Shown here: positions 39,130 to 49,802 of the stretch, in pieces | Position numbering within the stretch: position 1 is the first letter of the stretch | How the letters are laid out: each line of letters starts with the position of its first letter | Assembly (NCBI GenBank): GCA_963804995.1 | Contig: CAWDSK010000006.1 | Location: forward strand, 1,920,001-1,984,000 | From: an uncultured Acidobacteriota bacterium | Lineage (GTDB): Bacteria; Acidobacteriota; Terriglobia; UBA7540 | DNA: 64,000 nucleotides | Reading direction: 5' to 3' | Notes under the pieces: generated by a model | Told to the model about the DNA's origin: nothing | Seen by the model: the letters and a program-made list of their open reading frames with translations, nothing else | Databases searched by the model: none | Translations under genes and position numbers: made by a program

Positions 39130-40630
39130 ACGATCGGGAGATCGGGTGATCCGGTGATCGGGTGATCGGGTCATTTGTGAATGGCGATTGGTGATTGGCG
39201 ATTTTCGAAGTCAGTATTTGATTCATCTTCTCACTTGGCGCCGCCGATAACCGAAGCGAGGAAGTATGTGCCGGCCGCGTCAGGCAATCGGGTGATTTGG
39301 TCATCAGGCCATTGGCCCATCGATTCATCGGTCCATGGCGAAAGTTCATAGCCCTCTCCGAGGGGAGAGGGTGGACCGCCGCCGGCGTACTCACCAGCCG
39401 GGGCGGGAAGGGGGCCCCACGTTTTGCGCGGTGGGGGTGAGGGGGTAAGCTGCTGTTGTGGCCCACTCAATTTCCCTCATCCTCAGCGTCGAGCCCGCCG
39501 ATAACCGAAGCGGGGGAGTGCGGGCCGCCGGGGGCTGAGGATCGGGAGATGCGGTGATCCGGAGATCGGGTGATCGAATGATAGGAGCAGCACGTCACTG
39601 CCAGGCTCCGGTCGGCCGAATTGAGCTCATGTTCCTGTGCCGTCCATCCGATTACCGATGTGGGGAAGTGCGTCACGGCCGGGCGATTTTCGGTAGATGG
39701 GGTTCGTGGCTCGCCGCGGGTCTTCCGGGCCGTTGCGGTTTTCTGTCCCCGCAGTGACAACCGGTGGCCAAAGTAGGGGGCTGCGGCGGGTCGGTTAGGG
39801 CAGCGGGCCTCACCGCTTTTAATCTCCTGTGCAACGCTTTTCCTACCTTCCAGTTTCGCCCCGATCATCGCGTCACCCGTTTCTTTCAGCCCTTTTCTCG
39901 ATGGGGGTTCTTTCCTGTCCCAATTTGTACGCAGCGCCGCCCGCTTGGCGGGTCAATGCCGGCTGGAGGCCGACGCTTGGTTCGAATTGGGACGGCTTGC
40001 TCCATTTTTCCCCCACTTATTTCATCTAACTACATTTATTTTCATAAACATCGTTAGAAAAAACGCATAACTTACTTGTTTTCATCAACATCGTTAGACT
40101 TGCCAATTTGTCGCTTTTATTTTCCTTTGTTTTCATACACATCGTTAGACTATGCCAATCGAAATTATGTTGCCCTCTTCTTCTTTCCTCAGTAAAGACA
40201 ACTTATTTTATTTCAACTAGATAGATTTTTGCCAAAAACCCCCTCGCCACCCCTAACCACTTTTGTTTTCATGAACATCTTCACAAACAGCGGACCCTGC
40301 GTGCCGATAAACGGAAGAACTTTAGCCGCGTCTTGGCACGGCGCTGCGCTCACCCAGAGCCTCTCCGTGACCTCTGCTCTTCGGGACGCAGAGGACACAG
40401 AGAAATGTCTGCCAAGAAAACCAGCCTTGACGGTAGGGCATGGCAGACTCCCGATTCTGGGGCCCGTGGTCGTTCGGTAGAGAGGGCTGACTGGACGCAT
40501 CGGGGCACTACGCTTCCTCACCTCTATTGTGCGCTTGATCCACTGGGCTATGTCAATAGGCAATACACGCGTTTGGGCTACCGGTAGCCCAAAAATGCAA
40601 AGCGGGCAGCGAATTGTCCGGAAAAAGTGG
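39130..40630 (-). repeat. Large dispersed element, copy B (inverted homolog of 18021-19410)
   Basis: See copy A; carries an extra internal module around 39510-39665. Confidence 0.92.
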
Positions 40631-40747
40631 TGTGGGCATGACCTTGCGGGAATACTCGTCCACGCCCGCCCTTTTGAATGAGGGCAATGATTCGTTGCCC
40701 TATCCGTTCAATTATGGTAACTATTCCTTCCGGCTGGACTGCTTGGA

Positions 40748-43700
40748 ATGACACCGCTCGATACCTATCTGCGCGAGCTACGCGACATCCGTTCTTTGGG
40801 TGCGGCGGTTGATGAGACAGCGTACTATCCCGCGCTCGCGAATCTGCTGTGCGAAGTCGGTAAAAAGCTCAAGCCCAGGGTTCGTTGCATCATGGGGCTT
40901 AAAGATCTGGGAGCTGGTTTTCCGGACGGCGGCCTTTTCACTGAAGAGCAATTCGATAAAAATCACACCCTTAAGCCACTTCCAGGGCAACTCCCTTCCC
41001 GAGGCATCATCGAAGTCAAACCCGTCAAAAGCGACGCGTGGGTTACTGCGGAAGGTGAACAGGTTTCCCGCTACTGGGGAAAATACCGGCAAGTGTTGGT
41101 GACGAACTACCGCGATTTCGTTTTAGTGGGACAGGACTCGGAGGGCAAGTTTGCCAAACTGGAATCCTTCCGCCTTGCCGACAGCGAGAAAGCATTCTGG
41201 GCCGCCGCCGCGCATCCGGGGAGCCTTGCCAAAAAGATCGAAGCACGGTTCGAGGAATATCTGCTGCGCGTCATGCGGCACGCCGCCCAGATAGCCACGC
41301 CAGAGGATGTTGCGTGGTTTCTGGCATCTTACGCTCGGGACGCCCGAGCGCGTATTGAGGGTGTTGAACTCGCCGCGCTGGCTACGGTGCGCACGGCGCT
41401 GGAAGAAGCTCTGGGCCTGAAGTTCGAGGGCGAGAAGGGCGAGCACTTTTTCCGGTCCAGTCTGGTTCAAACCCTCTTTTACGGCGTTTTTTCGGCCTGG
41501 GTGTTATGGGCCAAGCAAAACCCGCCAACTTCCAAGGCACGCTTCGACTGGTACACCACGGCGCGTTATCTGCGCGTGCCGATGATCTCGAAACTCTTCC
41601 AACTGGTTGCCGACCCCCAAGAACTCGATATCCTCAAGCTCACGGAAGTGTTGGATTGGGCGGCCCTGGTTTTGAACCGCGTTGACCGCCGCTCGTTCTT
41701 TGACAAGTTTCAGGAATCGCACGCCGTGCAGTATTTCTACGAGCCGTTCCTCGAAGCCTTTGACCCCGAATTGCGCAAGGAACTGGGCGTCTGGTACACA
41801 CCGCCAGAAGTCGTGAAGTACATGGTGGAGCGCGTGGACACGGTTCTGCGTGAGGAATTGAATCTACCGGACGGGTTGGCCAACAAGAATGTTTATGTGC
41901 TCGATCCGTGCTGCGGCACAGGTTCCTACCTTGTGGAGGTTCTGGACCGAATCCACCGCACCCTCAAAGAGCGTGGTGAGGACGCCCTGACCGCGAGCGA
42001 CCTCAAGGAAGCAGCTCAAAAAAGAATTTTCGGATTCGAGATTCTGCCCGCGCCTTTCGTCGTCTCCCACTTGCAGCTTGGCTTACTCTTGCAGAACTTG
42101 GGCGCGCCACTCTCCGAGAAGTCGAGAGAACGGGTTGGCGTTTATCTGACCAACGCCCTCACCGGCTGGGAACCGCCCAAAGGCCCCAAGCAGCGCCTTA
42201 TCTTTCCCGAGTTGGAGGAAGAACGCGATGCCGCCGAGCACGTCAAGCGTGACGTACCAATCCTGGTAATTCTCGGCAACCCGCCCTACAACAGCTTCGC
42301 GGGAATTGCCAGGATGGAGGAAGAGCGCGACCTTTCTGAAGCCTACCGCACCACACGGCAAGCGCCCGCTCCGCAGGGCCAAGGCTTGAATGATCTTTAC
42401 GTGCGTTTCTTCCGCATGGCCGAAAGGCGCATTGTTCAAAAGACCGGCAGGGGCGTAGTGTGTCTGATTTCCAATTACTCGTGGCTCGACGGCTTATCCT
42501 TCACTGGCATGAGGGAGCGGTATCTTGAAGCGTTTGACCGCATCTGGATTGACTGCCTCAATGGAGACAAGTACAAGACCGGCAAGCTGACTCCCGAAGG
42601 TGAACCTGACCCTAGCGTTTTTTCGACGGAGTTCAACCCCGAAGGTATCCAAGTCGGGACCGCAATCGCTGTGCTGGTACGAAACGGCGCAGCCCGAACC
42701 GGAAACCCTCCGCTTTCGCCACGTGTGGGGGAAAGCCAAGAAACAGCAGTTGCTCGAAAGCGCTATCCAGAATGGGGAGGCACTGTACCAAGAGCTAACC
42801 CCTTCACTTGAATTGGGGTTGCCGTTTTCACCCGCGCTGGTGACCACTGGTTATCTGCAATGGCCGTTGCTACCCGATTTGTTCCCCGAATTTTTCGCGG
42901 GCGTGCAGTCAAAGCGGGATGAACTTGTAATCGAGATCGAACGCACGCCACTAATCGAGCGGATGAGGGCATATTTCGATCCTGAAATCAGCCACGAGGA
43001 AATGCAACATATCTGTCCCCGTGCGCTGCAACCTACGGCCCGCTTCGAAGCTAGACAGGCTCGTGATTACTTGCTGAAACGTGGGTTCCTGCCGCAGAAC
43101 ATCGTCCCACACTGTTACAGGCCATTTGACCGTAGGTGGATTTACTACGAACCCGAAACGCGACTACTGGGCGAAAAATCGCCCGACTATTTCCCGCAGG
43201 TCTTTAATGGAAACGTTTGGATTGTATCTCAACAAAAGCCACGACGGGAATGGTCAAGGCCGCAGTTCATTCGCAGCATCGGGTGCTTGGACTTGATGGA
43301 TCGTGGGGCAAGCTGTATTCCCCTCTACCTCAGGCCCACAAACGAGACAAAACCACTCCTTGCTACGGATGAAGGCGAAAGACCCGCGCATAATGGCGAA
43401 CGGCACGCGGTTCAACATCAGCGATTCGCTGCTCGCCTACCTCACGCGCATTGGGAATGTCGACGACGCGCCGGATGTCTTTTATCACGCTCTCGCTATT
43501 CTCCACGCCCCTGACTATCGCAAAGAAAACTGCGGGCGCGCTGCGCCAGGACTGGCCGCGCATTCCGCTGCCGGACAGCCAAGGAAGCCTTGCTTGCGTC
43601 GGCGGCGCTGGGCAGGCAGATTGCCGCGTTGCTGGACACGGAAACCGACGTAGGGGCGGTTCGCGAACCGCCTCTACAGAAGATCGCCACCTTCACTCTT

Positions 43701-44142
43701 GCCACACGGGACGACTCTGGATGAAGCGAAGCACTTTGCCGTCACCGCCGGTTGGGGACACGCGGGCAAGGGCGGCATCACCATGCCGGGCAAGGGAAAG
43801 TCGTCGACCGCGATTACACGGAGAAAGAGCGGGCGAGTTTAGGCTGACGCGGTCAAGCTGCTGGGGGAGCGCACTTGCGACGTTTACCTGAATGACGTGG
43901 CTTACTGGTCGAACATTCCCCTGCGGGTTTGGGAATACACCATCGGCGGCTATCAAGTCATGAAGAAGTGGCTCTCCTACCGCGAAGAAAAACTCTTGGG
44001 CCGCCCCCTGACGAAAGAAGAAGTCCGCTACGTGCAGGAGATGGCCCGCCGCATCGCCGCCATACTTCTGCTCGAACCGGCCCTCGACGAAAATTACCAC
44101 ACGGTGAAAGCTCATACTTACAATTGGCCAAGGAACGGGTAA
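40748..44142 (+). CDS. Fused restriction-modification enzyme (PD-(D/E)xK nuclease + N6-adenine MTase + type ISP/IIG-like specificity domain), about 7 frameshifts in the 3' half
   Basis: FPDGGLF...IEVKP, YFYEPFLEAFDP..RKELGVWYTP, DPCCGTGSY, GNPPY, YRPFDRRWIY, QDWPRIPLP, VWEYTIGGYQVMKKWLSYR. Confidence 0.88.
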
Positions 44143-44209
44143 GAGCAAGGATGCGGACTGCTTTGGAAAGAGGGGGATGCCCCCGGCATAAGCGTAGTAA
44201 AATGGGCTT

Positions 44210-44461
44210 ATGCTGACCGAGTTTCCGCCAGATGTAGTCGAAGCAGCCTGGATCAGAGCGCGAGGCCATTGTGAATGCCGCCGAAAGACCCATGGACCGC
44301 CAAGATACTGTAGGAAGCAGTTGGCATGGCCGAATCGTGGAAGGCATGGAAGGGGATGCTGGGAGGCACATCATATCAACTCCAATCGCCCTGGCACTCT
44401 TTCAAACTGCGAGATTCTGTGCTGGGATTGTCACGTCGGTACTTTCTCACACAAAAGATGA
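44210..44461 (+). CDS. Small HNH endonuclease
   Basis: RARGHCEC...CRKQL...WEAHHI....GTLSNCEILCWDCH. Confidence 0.75.
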   Translation: MLTEFPPDVVEAAWIRARGHCECRRKTHGPPRYCRKQLAWPNRGRHGRGCWEAHHINSNRPGTLSNCEILCWDCHVGTFSHKR

Positions 44462-44515
44462 GTTTTAGTAAGGCGGGTGGCGGATGCATCGGTTACATAG
44501 AACATCGGCTACCAG

Positions 44516-45319
44516 CTAGCTCGCAGAGGGCGGCGCGGCTTTAGCGTTTTGGAAGCTTTCGACGTGCACCTTAAACACCTCAGGAGCCAAAGCGACGCGA
44601 ATGGTGAAAACGATTGCGTGAGCATCCTCAGGACTGAGGATGACCCTAGTGCCCATGGGGAGGATTTTTCGGTCAGTCACGAGCCTTAGCTGAACCATTT
44701 GGCCGCCATGGCATACGGCAGGCAGTTCTGTGGTTTCAACGTCGTCGATAAACAGCTTTTGTCTGTACACGTGGATCTCGATGTCTTCTTGCGGCATACC
44801 TTGATGGTGCTCGAGGCTGCGCCGGAGGGCGAAGTAAGAGAGCGCCGCGCGTTTCGAAAAGTCAGACAGCGAAGGAAAATAGTTGAGTTTCTTCGGGTTT
44901 GTTAGTGCTCTATCGCTGGCCACCTGCGAAATTTTTCTGGCAAGGTAAGCATTAAAATACTCCTGGATTTCTTCATATGCGGAAAGATCTCGCTCGATTC
45001 TGATTCCTTCCTTGCGCAAAAGCACGGTGGCGATTAGCTTGTTGAGGAAACTAATGAAGCTGGCGATGGCCGCGCGAAAGCAGGTCTCGCTCGCACGCTG
45101 CAACGCCTTGGACGAGAAATAGCTGCTGTCGGGAGGGAAGTTGACTTCAACAAGGCCAAACCGCTGGCCAGTCGCTCTTTCGGCGTAAGTCCCTTCCTGG
45201 ATCGCACTCATCGTCTGGGCTAGGTCTGCAAGACAGCCATCAAGCTCGGCGTACAGTTGCGGAAGCCAGGGCGTTAAGTCAGGTGCAGCGGAGATGTCGT
45301 GCTTGAGATCGTCGGGCAT
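44516..45319 (-). CDS. Hypothetical protein, possible HEPN-like domain
   Basis: Helical N-half ending in LRRSLEHHQG (RxxxxH); lower-GC codon style; lies in the defence-like cluster. Confidence 0.5.
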   Translation of the reverse strand: MPDDLKHDISAAPDLTPWLPQLYAELDGCLADLAQTMSAIQEGTYAERATGQRFGLVEVNFPPDSSYFSSKALQRASETCFRAAIASFISFLNKLIATVLLRKEGIRIERDLSAYEEIQEYFNAYLARKISQVASDRALTNPKKLNYFPSLSDFSKRAALSYFALRRSLEHHQGMPQEDIEIHVYRQKLFIDDVETTELPAVCHGGQMVQLRLVTDRKILPMGTRVILSPEDAHAIVFTIRVALAPEVFKVHVESFQNAKAAPPSAS

Positions 45320-45487
45320 GCTTCGAAGATATACCTTTTACCAACCAAAGGGTAAATTCTCCATTAAGCGGGCGTAGGGCAGAGTCACGTGCTCCCCGAG
45401 ACTCTGCGGTTTGTCCGTTAGGGCTTCCCGAAGCGGGGTCTTCGTTCCCCCGAAAAAACAGTGACAAGTGGCGAGTGACGACCCAAG

Positions 45488-45671
45488 CCCCCCTCACTTA
45501 AGAACTGTGGTTAGTGGCTAGTGACGGGCAGGGCCCCTCACCCCGGAACTACCAAAGCGTGGCCCCCTCACTTAAGAACAGTGGTCAGTGGCTAGTGGTT
45601 AGTGACGAGCAGCGGCCCTCACTCCTGAACAACCAGAGCGCGGCCCCCTCTCCCCGGCTGGGGAGAGGGGG
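45488..45671. repeat. Tandem ~73-80 bp repeat units with GTGGTTA/GTGGCTA heptamers, ending in an R1 half-site
   Basis: CCCCCTCACTTAAGAAC-GTGGTnAGTGGCTAGTG...CCCTCACnCCnGAACnACCAnAGCG occurs twice. Confidence 0.8.
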
Positions 45672-45766
45672 AAGGAGTTTCTCAGCGCAGGGTGCGTGCC
45701 ATTCACAATCTGTGGGGTCTTTACCTGATAAACCAAAACTGTATTATTGGTCCACGACTTTTTGTT

Positions 45767-45786
45767 ATGTGGGACATGTCCCACAT
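45767..45786. promoter_or_regulatory. Perfect 20-bp palindrome, candidate operator
   Basis: ATGTGGGACATGTCCCACAT; TGGGACA half-sites recur at about 47320, 47358 and 47419. Confidence 0.6.
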
Positions 45787-45912
45787 GTTGCTCTCCGCGG
45801 GGCATAGCGCGCGAGGTCCCACTTCATTTTCCACCTTCATGCGTTTTTTTCCTATGACTTTTGATCAGCAGTTCCGCCGCGCTACGCTACACGCTCCCCT
45901 TGCCGATGAGGC

Positions 45913-45940
45913 TTGACACGTCTACAGGTTCCGATATGCT
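45913..45940 (+). promoter_or_regulatory. sigma70 promoter of the MFS gene
   Basis: TTGACA (45913-45918), 16 nt, TATGCT (45935-45940). Confidence 0.55.
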
Positions 45941-45970
45941 GGGGCGTCTTTGACACCCAGGGCGGGACTT

Positions 45971-47248
45971 GTGACAACCCCAACTCTTGCTGAGTCTCGA
46001 GCGTCCGCGGCATCTCCTTCCGGCATCTCCGACGCGCGCCGTTGGACGATCGTGGGGCTTTTGTTCCTCAGCACGGTCATCAACTACCTGGACCGCGGCA
46101 CGCTATCCGTGGCGCTGCCGATGATCTCGGCGGAGCTCGGCATCAGCCCGGCGCTGAAGGGTGTGCTGCTGTGGTCGTTCTTCACGTCCTATGCCGTGAT
46201 GCAGATTCCGGTGGGGTGGCTCGCGGACCGGCTTGATCTGCGCTGGCTCTTTGCCGGAATGTTCACGCTCTGGTGCGCGAGCTGCGGTTTGATGGGCCTG
46301 GCGGGAAGCTTTGCCATGCTGGTGGCGCTGCGCGTGTTGCTCGGCGTGGGCGAATCCATTTTTCTTCCTGGCTCGAACCGCATTGTCAGCCTCCTGTTCC
46401 CACCGGCGCGGCGCGGGCTCCCCACCGGCCTGTTTGATTGCGGCACACGGGTCGGAATGGCCATCGGAACGCCGCTGATCGCCTGGCTGATCGTGGGCTT
46501 CGGTTGGCGCCGAATGTTCGCGCTGGTGGGATTTGCCGCGCTCATTTGGCTGCTCCCCTGGTTCAAGGTTTTTCCTTCGCAGAAGCTTTTGGCGAAATCG
46601 ATTGCAGATCCTGCCAGCCTGACCCCGAAGGGAAAACCCGTACGCGGAATTACCTTGAATCGCGATTTGCTGGGGCTGTGCCTGGGATTCTTCTGCTTCG
46701 GATATAACTGGTACCTGCTGGTCACGTGGCTGCCCGATTATTTGATGGAGGTGCGCCACCTTTCTGTACTGAAAGCGGGATTCTCCGCCGCGCTGCCCTT
46801 CCTGGTTTTTGCCGTGGGCGAGCCCTTGGGAGGCTGGATCGCAGACCTCCTGGTGCGGCGTGGCTGGGATGAAACGCGTACCCGCAAAGGCATCGTCACC
46901 ATTTCCTTCGCCATGGGCTTGCTCTTGATTCCCGCCACTCTGGCGCGCAATCCGCAGACGGCCATTCTGCTGGTTGCGGGCGCCTCGCTTGTAGGCTTGT
47001 TGAGCGCGAACCTGCTCGTCATCTTGCAGCGATGCGCTCCGCCCGGTGAGATCGGCGCGTGGACGGGAATGCAGAATGGCATTGGGAACCTGGGAGGCAT
47101 CTCTGCCCTGGTCACGGGATATCTGATCGGCCGCACTGGCTCGTATATTCCGGGCTTTGCTTTGGGACCCATCGTACTGCTTTCCGGCACGCTGGCGTAT
47201 TGGTTCATCGTGGGTAAGCTGCGCCCTGCGGCTGTGGCGTCGGAATAG
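45971..47248 (+). CDS. MFS transporter (anion:cation symporter / sugar-acid type)
   Basis: RRWTI..LLFL..VINYLDRGTLSVA, GWLADRL, RVLLGVGES, 12 TM; start could be 45950. Confidence 0.92.
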   Translation: MTTPTLAESRASAASPSGISDARRWTIVGLLFLSTVINYLDRGTLSVALPMISAELGISPALKGVLLWSFFTSYAVMQIPVGWLADRLDLRWLFAGMFTLWCASCGLMGLAGSFAMLVALRVLLGVGESIFLPGSNRIVSLLFPPARRGLPTGLFDCGTRVGMAIGTPLIAWLIVGFGWRRMFALVGFAALIWLLPWFKVFPSQKLLAKSIADPASLTPKGKPVRGITLNRDLLGLCLGFFCFGYNWYLLVTWLPDYLMEVRHLSVLKAGFSAALPFLVFAVGEPLGGWIADLLVRRGWDETRTRKGIVTISFAMGLLLIPATLARNPQTAILLVAGASLVGLLSANLLVILQRCAPPGEIGAWTGMQNGIGNLGGISALVTGYLIGRTGSYIPGFALGPIVLLSGTLAYWFIVGKLRPAAVASE

Positions 47249-47513
47249 CGCGGCCGTTTGGCGACTGAGGTCTTCAAGGAATCGGGAAATTTCTGAAGGC
47301 GTCAGGAGAGCAAGAGTGGTGGGACAACGCCCGCCACGCCCCGCGTACGTGTACAAGTGGGACAGGTTCACCTGCGCATCTCGGACTTTTCGGCACGCTG
47401 GACGCGCCCGTGCGCAACTGGGACAGGTGCTACAGCAATAGCCGCTTGCATTACCCCTTGCCGCCTGTCTGCCAGCCGTGATATTTGTACCGCGGTCTTG
47501 GAGGAGTCCCACC

Positions 47514-48656
47514 ATGAAAACATCCGGAACTGATCTCAATCAGGCGCGAGTTGCTTCGAAGGAACGAGGCGAGTCTGGTGACAATCTGGTTTTGAGTGAA
47601 AGGCTGGCAGCGGCAGGATCGGGCGGCTTGTCCACCACCCGCAATCCCGAATCGACATCGCCCTTAACCCTGGGGCGACGGGATCTGTTGCGGGCAGGTC
47701 TGGCGGGCGCGGCGAGCCTGGTGGCCGGTGTGGCGGCAAGCGCGCAGGCAATCCCGGCGCCGCAAAAGCCCCCGAACACCGGCAAGCGCACGCCGCAGCA
47801 TCGCGTCATTGATTCGCACAATCATCCCCGCTGGGTTTTTCACGACGGGGCGCGCATCGTTGAGAACATGGACAACGCCGGTATCGAGCGCACCTGGCTG
47901 CTGAGCTGGGAGATTCCGGAAACGGAAATCGATCCCACTTATTACGGGGAGTTGAATCCCACCGGCGTGGGGATTCAGTTCCGTGACGTAATCGAGGTGG
48001 CAGAGCGCTATCCCGATCGATTCATTATGGGGACCACCACGGACTCGCACGACCCGCACGCGCTCCAGAAACTGAAGGCCGCCGTGGATATTTTCCACGT
48101 CCGCGTGTTTGGCGAATTCAAGCGCCGCATGCGCTACGACGATCCTGACGCGATTCGGCTCTTCCAGTACTGCGGTGAGCTGGGTCTGCCCGTAACTTTT
48201 CACCTGGACGTGACGTTTCCCCGGCATGGGGTACCGAGTGACTGGCAATGGTGGTACGGCGGCGGCCTGGAAAATATGGAGGCCCCGCTGCGACTGTGCC
48301 CGCACACGCATTTTCAAGGCCATGGCCCGGCCTTCTGGCGCGAAATCTCCGGGGACGCCGACCAGCCATCCCAGTCTTACCCCACCGGACCCATCGTGGG
48401 ACGCGGCCTCATACTGGAGTACCTCGACAAGTTTTCGAACCTGAATTGCGATTTATCCGGAGGCTCCGGCCACACGGCTCTGAGCCGCGATAAGGAATTC
48501 ACGCGGAAGTTTCTGATCGACTACCAGGACCGCATGTTTTTTGCCCGCGACGACTATAACAATGACATGTATGATCTGCTGGTTTCACTGAACCTGCCGC
48601 CGGCCGTCCTTGCCAAGATTCTGTCCGGCAACGCCCTGCGCCTGGTTCCGGTGTAA
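47514..48656 (+). CDS. Amidohydrolase_2 family protein with Tat-like signal
   Basis: RRDLLRAG...AQA, IDSHNH, LGLPVTFH, CDLSGGSG, KILSGNA.RL. Confidence 0.85.
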   Translation: MKTSGTDLNQARVASKERGESGDNLVLSERLAAAGSGGLSTTRNPESTSPLTLGRRDLLRAGLAGAASLVAGVAASAQAIPAPQKPPNTGKRTPQHRVIDSHNHPRWVFHDGARIVENMDNAGIERTWLLSWEIPETEIDPTYYGELNPTGVGIQFRDVIEVAERYPDRFIMGTTTDSHDPHALQKLKAAVDIFHVRVFGEFKRRMRYDDPDAIRLFQYCGELGLPVTFHLDVTFPRHGVPSDWQWWYGGGLENMEAPLRLCPHTHFQGHGPAFWREISGDADQPSQSYPTGPIVGRGLILEYLDKFSNLNCDLSGGSGHTALSRDKEFTRKFLIDYQDRMFFARDDYNNDMYDLLVSLNLPPAVLAKILSGNALRLVPV

Positions 48657-48765
48657 GAGCGGACTTCGGACGAGCCGTGGTGCGGGTTCGACGACGCGTG
48701 GACCTTGATGAGTCCAGCGACCCCTAGACGGGGTTTGGCGCTCTAGCCGCGGACGGCGCAGCCGG

Positions 48766-48966
48766 CAGCAGGTAGCAGAGTGTGGTCCTTTCACACTCTG
48801 CGGTCCTTAGTTTGATAAACATGCGACGTAGTAGTAATACAGTGTGATGACATGTTACGTGGTAACCCGATTTCTCTGGAGGTCGTAAGCGGTGATCGGC
48901 AGTCACGCGCAATAAATAAAGAGCCGCAGAGTCTCGGAGAGCGTGAGACTCTGCGCTACCTGCTGC
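48766..48966. repeat. GTAG-type REP doublet (REPIN-like)
   Basis: CAGCAGGTAGC-AGAGTGTG..CACACTCTGCGG ... CCGCAGAGTCTC..GAGACTCTGC-GCTACCTGCTG in inverted orientation around an AT-rich spacer. Confidence 0.7.
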
Positions 48967-49030
48967 TTTGGACTGCCTGGGGCCCTGCGGCAACAGACCG
49001 CGTGGCCGGCAGGAATTACAGGAGGATTCG

Positions 49031-49411
49031 ATGAGCAAACAGGAAGTGAAGCATCCGGATAAGACGGCTTCCACGGGATCTTACTCCGCGGGAATAATTT
49101 GTGATGGCTGGCTCTATGTCAGCGGCCACGCTCCGCAGGACTTGCGGACCGGCGAGGTGGTGCACGGTACCATCGAAGAGGAAACCCGCCTGACGCTCTC
49201 GCACATTGGCAAAGTGCTGGCAGCGGCAGGGTGCCGATTCGAAGATGTCGTCAAGTCCACCTGCCACCTGGCCAGCATTGATGATTTCGACCGATTCGAC
49301 CGTACCTACCGCGAGTTCTTCTCGGGCGTGATGCCGGCCCGCACCACGGTGCAGTCAGTCCTGTGGGGGGGGATTAAGGTGGAAATTGATGTGATTGCGC
49401 GTATTCCGTAG
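49031..49411 (+). CDS. RidA/YjgF family protein
   Basis: YS.GI...GWLYVSG, L.AAG....DVVK, F....Y..FF....PARTTV, KVEIDVIA. Confidence 0.93.
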   Translation: MSKQEVKHPDKTASTGSYSAGIICDGWLYVSGHAPQDLRTGEVVHGTIEEETRLTLSHIGKVLAAAGCRFEDVVKSTCHLASIDDFDRFDRTYREFFSGVMPARTTVQSVLWGGIKVEIDVIARIP

Positions 49412-49464
49412 GGCTGAAATTAGCGCCCTTCTTCTCGGCGGGTGGGTGGGCGGGGCTTATGGTT

Positions 49465-49730
49465 TTTGAATTCCTGGAATCCTCAAACGCCCAAGTGACC
49501 CCTCACCCGTCCCGCCCCGGCTGATGAAAACGCCGGCGGCGGTCCACCCTCTCCCCTCGGAGAGGGCTAGGAGTCGTGAATCGCAGCCTTCTCCCAGGAA
49601 GGAAGGTAGCTGACGGACGGCTAGACATCCATAATCACAGCCTTCTCCCTGGGGAGAAGGTGGCTGACGAAGGAGGCCGGATGAGGGGTTACTTACAGGC
49701 CCGAGGCATCGAAGGAATCTAAAAATTCAA
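49465..49730. repeat. Nested R1 REP doublet with inverted flanks
   Basis: CCCCTCACCCG...CTCTCCCCTCGGAGAGGG, two AGCCTTCTCCC..GGAnnAGGT units, CGGATGAGGGG; TTTGAATT/AATTCAAA flanks. Confidence 0.75.
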
Positions 49731-49802
49731 AGACGATCCGCCCGGCCCTTCCGGGGTCCAAAAACAAAATCTGCTACTAAAGCAACTAGTGAGGTGAAAT
49801 CC

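Noticed and set aside
46103..47539. Long antisense ORFs (also 37611-38981, 55297-56736, 26211-27182)
   Set aside because: They overlap well-supported genes on the opposite strand, which is typical of high-GC DNA.
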